Positions 63,313 through 64,000 of a stretch of DNA of 64,000 bases are shown piece by piece. Source of the stretch: Bacteroidales bacterium (GTDB lineage: Bacteria; Bacteroidota; Bacteroidia; Bacteroidales; Bacteroidaceae); assembly GCA_012517855.1 (NCBI GenBank), contig JAAYUD010000114.1, positions 13,217 to 77,216 on the forward strand. Reading direction: 5' to 3'. A program made the translations under genes and the position numbers. The notes beneath the pieces were generated by a model, which did no database searches, was not told the origin of the DNA, and worked only from the letters and a program-made list of their open reading frames with translations. Each line of letters begins with the position of its first letter. The first letter of the stretch is position 1.

Positions 63313-64000
63313 CTAAACCATCTTTCTGAGCCGATATAAGTAACCGACCTTGGTACGAAATTTCTTCACTCCCATCATCGCCAGGTGTATGCCAAAAGTG
63401 TTGATGGATATATCGCGCATGGTAGAAGGACTGTATTTGCGCAACGTTTCGTAAATTTGCGAGATGGAGAAACTTTTAACGTTCTCTTCAGCATCCTCCG
63501 CTGAAGGCACCTGAAAGCAGGCATTGAAAATGGGCTCTTCTATCGGGCGTTTGGTGTAGGCTACGTTGCGTTCGATGAGCCGGGTTTCTTCGCATGGCTG
63601 TAGCCAGTGCCGCTTTTTCAGGCCAATCTCGTATTTGAGCTGTGCATAGAGCTGATCATAGTTTATCCGCAATTTAGTAATTCTGTCTTTCAGCTCAATT
63701 GGTATGAACCGACGCGAACCGGTGGGATCGGTCAGTAGCTCCCGATAGTTGGCAGTCCCAATGAAAGAAGCGGTGCGTTGCTTCTGCTCGTACTCGGCAC
63801 TACCGTAAGACTTAGTACTCGTATCTGCCATCTGAAGAATATTTTTCAATCGGGCGCATTTCGCTTCACCCATGCGGTTGAACTCGTCGATATTGATAAG
63901 TGCAAATTTCGACAGCTTGGGCACGGCATTGCTTCGAGTGGTCAGGTCAAATTCGTCGGTATAGTACCGACGCAATTGCTGGGGTAGCAAGAGACGGCAG
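63313..64000 (-). CDS. VirE/VapE-like P-loop (SF3 helicase-type) protein, N-terminus beyond window
   Basis: Reading frame stays open to the window edge. Walker B-like ALINIDEF, then ASFIGTAN and GSRRFIPIEL blocks, as in primase-associated VirE-family NTPases of integrative elements. Confidence 0.6.
   Translation of the reverse strand, partial: CRLLLPQQLRRYYTDEFDLTTRSNAVPKLSKFALINIDEFNRMGEAKCARLKNILQMADTSTKSYGSAEYEQKQRTASFIGTANYRELLTDPTGSRRFIPIELKDRITKLRINYDQLYAQLKYEIGLKKRHWLQPCEETRLIERNVAYTKRPIEEPIFNACFQVPSAEDAEENVKSFSISQIYETLRKYSPSTMRDISINTFGIHLAMMGVKKFRTKVGYLYRLRKMV

Overview
This window looks like a chromosomal segment of a Bacteroidales (Bacteroidota) genome. The evidence is a SusC/SusD pair, GldH, a DUF1573 protein, and recurrent TAnnTTTG -7 promoter boxes upstream of start codons. 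Most of it is housekeeping. In order: a MacAB-type efflux operon, ROK glucokinase, DUF349, rsmA, ABC-F, an M13 peptidase, purH-mreBCD-mrdA-rodA, a FabK-like oxidoreductase and ferritin. Then holB-PSP1-gldH, metF, a YtrA-type GntR/ABC module, initiator tRNA, TetR-fabG, an RluA-family synthase, cyclophilin, an M16 peptidase and pepD. After pepD come a peptidase-rich SusC/SusD locus (S8 + S9 peptidases, no glycoside hydrolases), a 1938-aa alpha-2-macroglobulin without a thioester motif plus a DUF1573 partner, meaB, and an EamA transporter. The clearly accessory part is the right end. It holds a compact ABC/SMC-like ATPase plus a DUF4435/TOPRIM-like protein (a PARIS-like candidate defence pair). 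This pair is convergent with a window-truncated VirE/VapE-like SF3 helicase gene that probably marks mobile DNA. There are two kinds of non-coding oddity. First, a ~214-nt element occurs in two inverted copies, one in each of the two unusually long (~1.1 kb) gene-free regions. Second, four intergenic composite palindromes are built from ~19-20-nt units at a ~22-nt period, abutted by inverted copies. I saw no rRNA, CRISPR array, integrase or transposase in the window. All calls come from reading the translations and sequence by eye; no database search was run.
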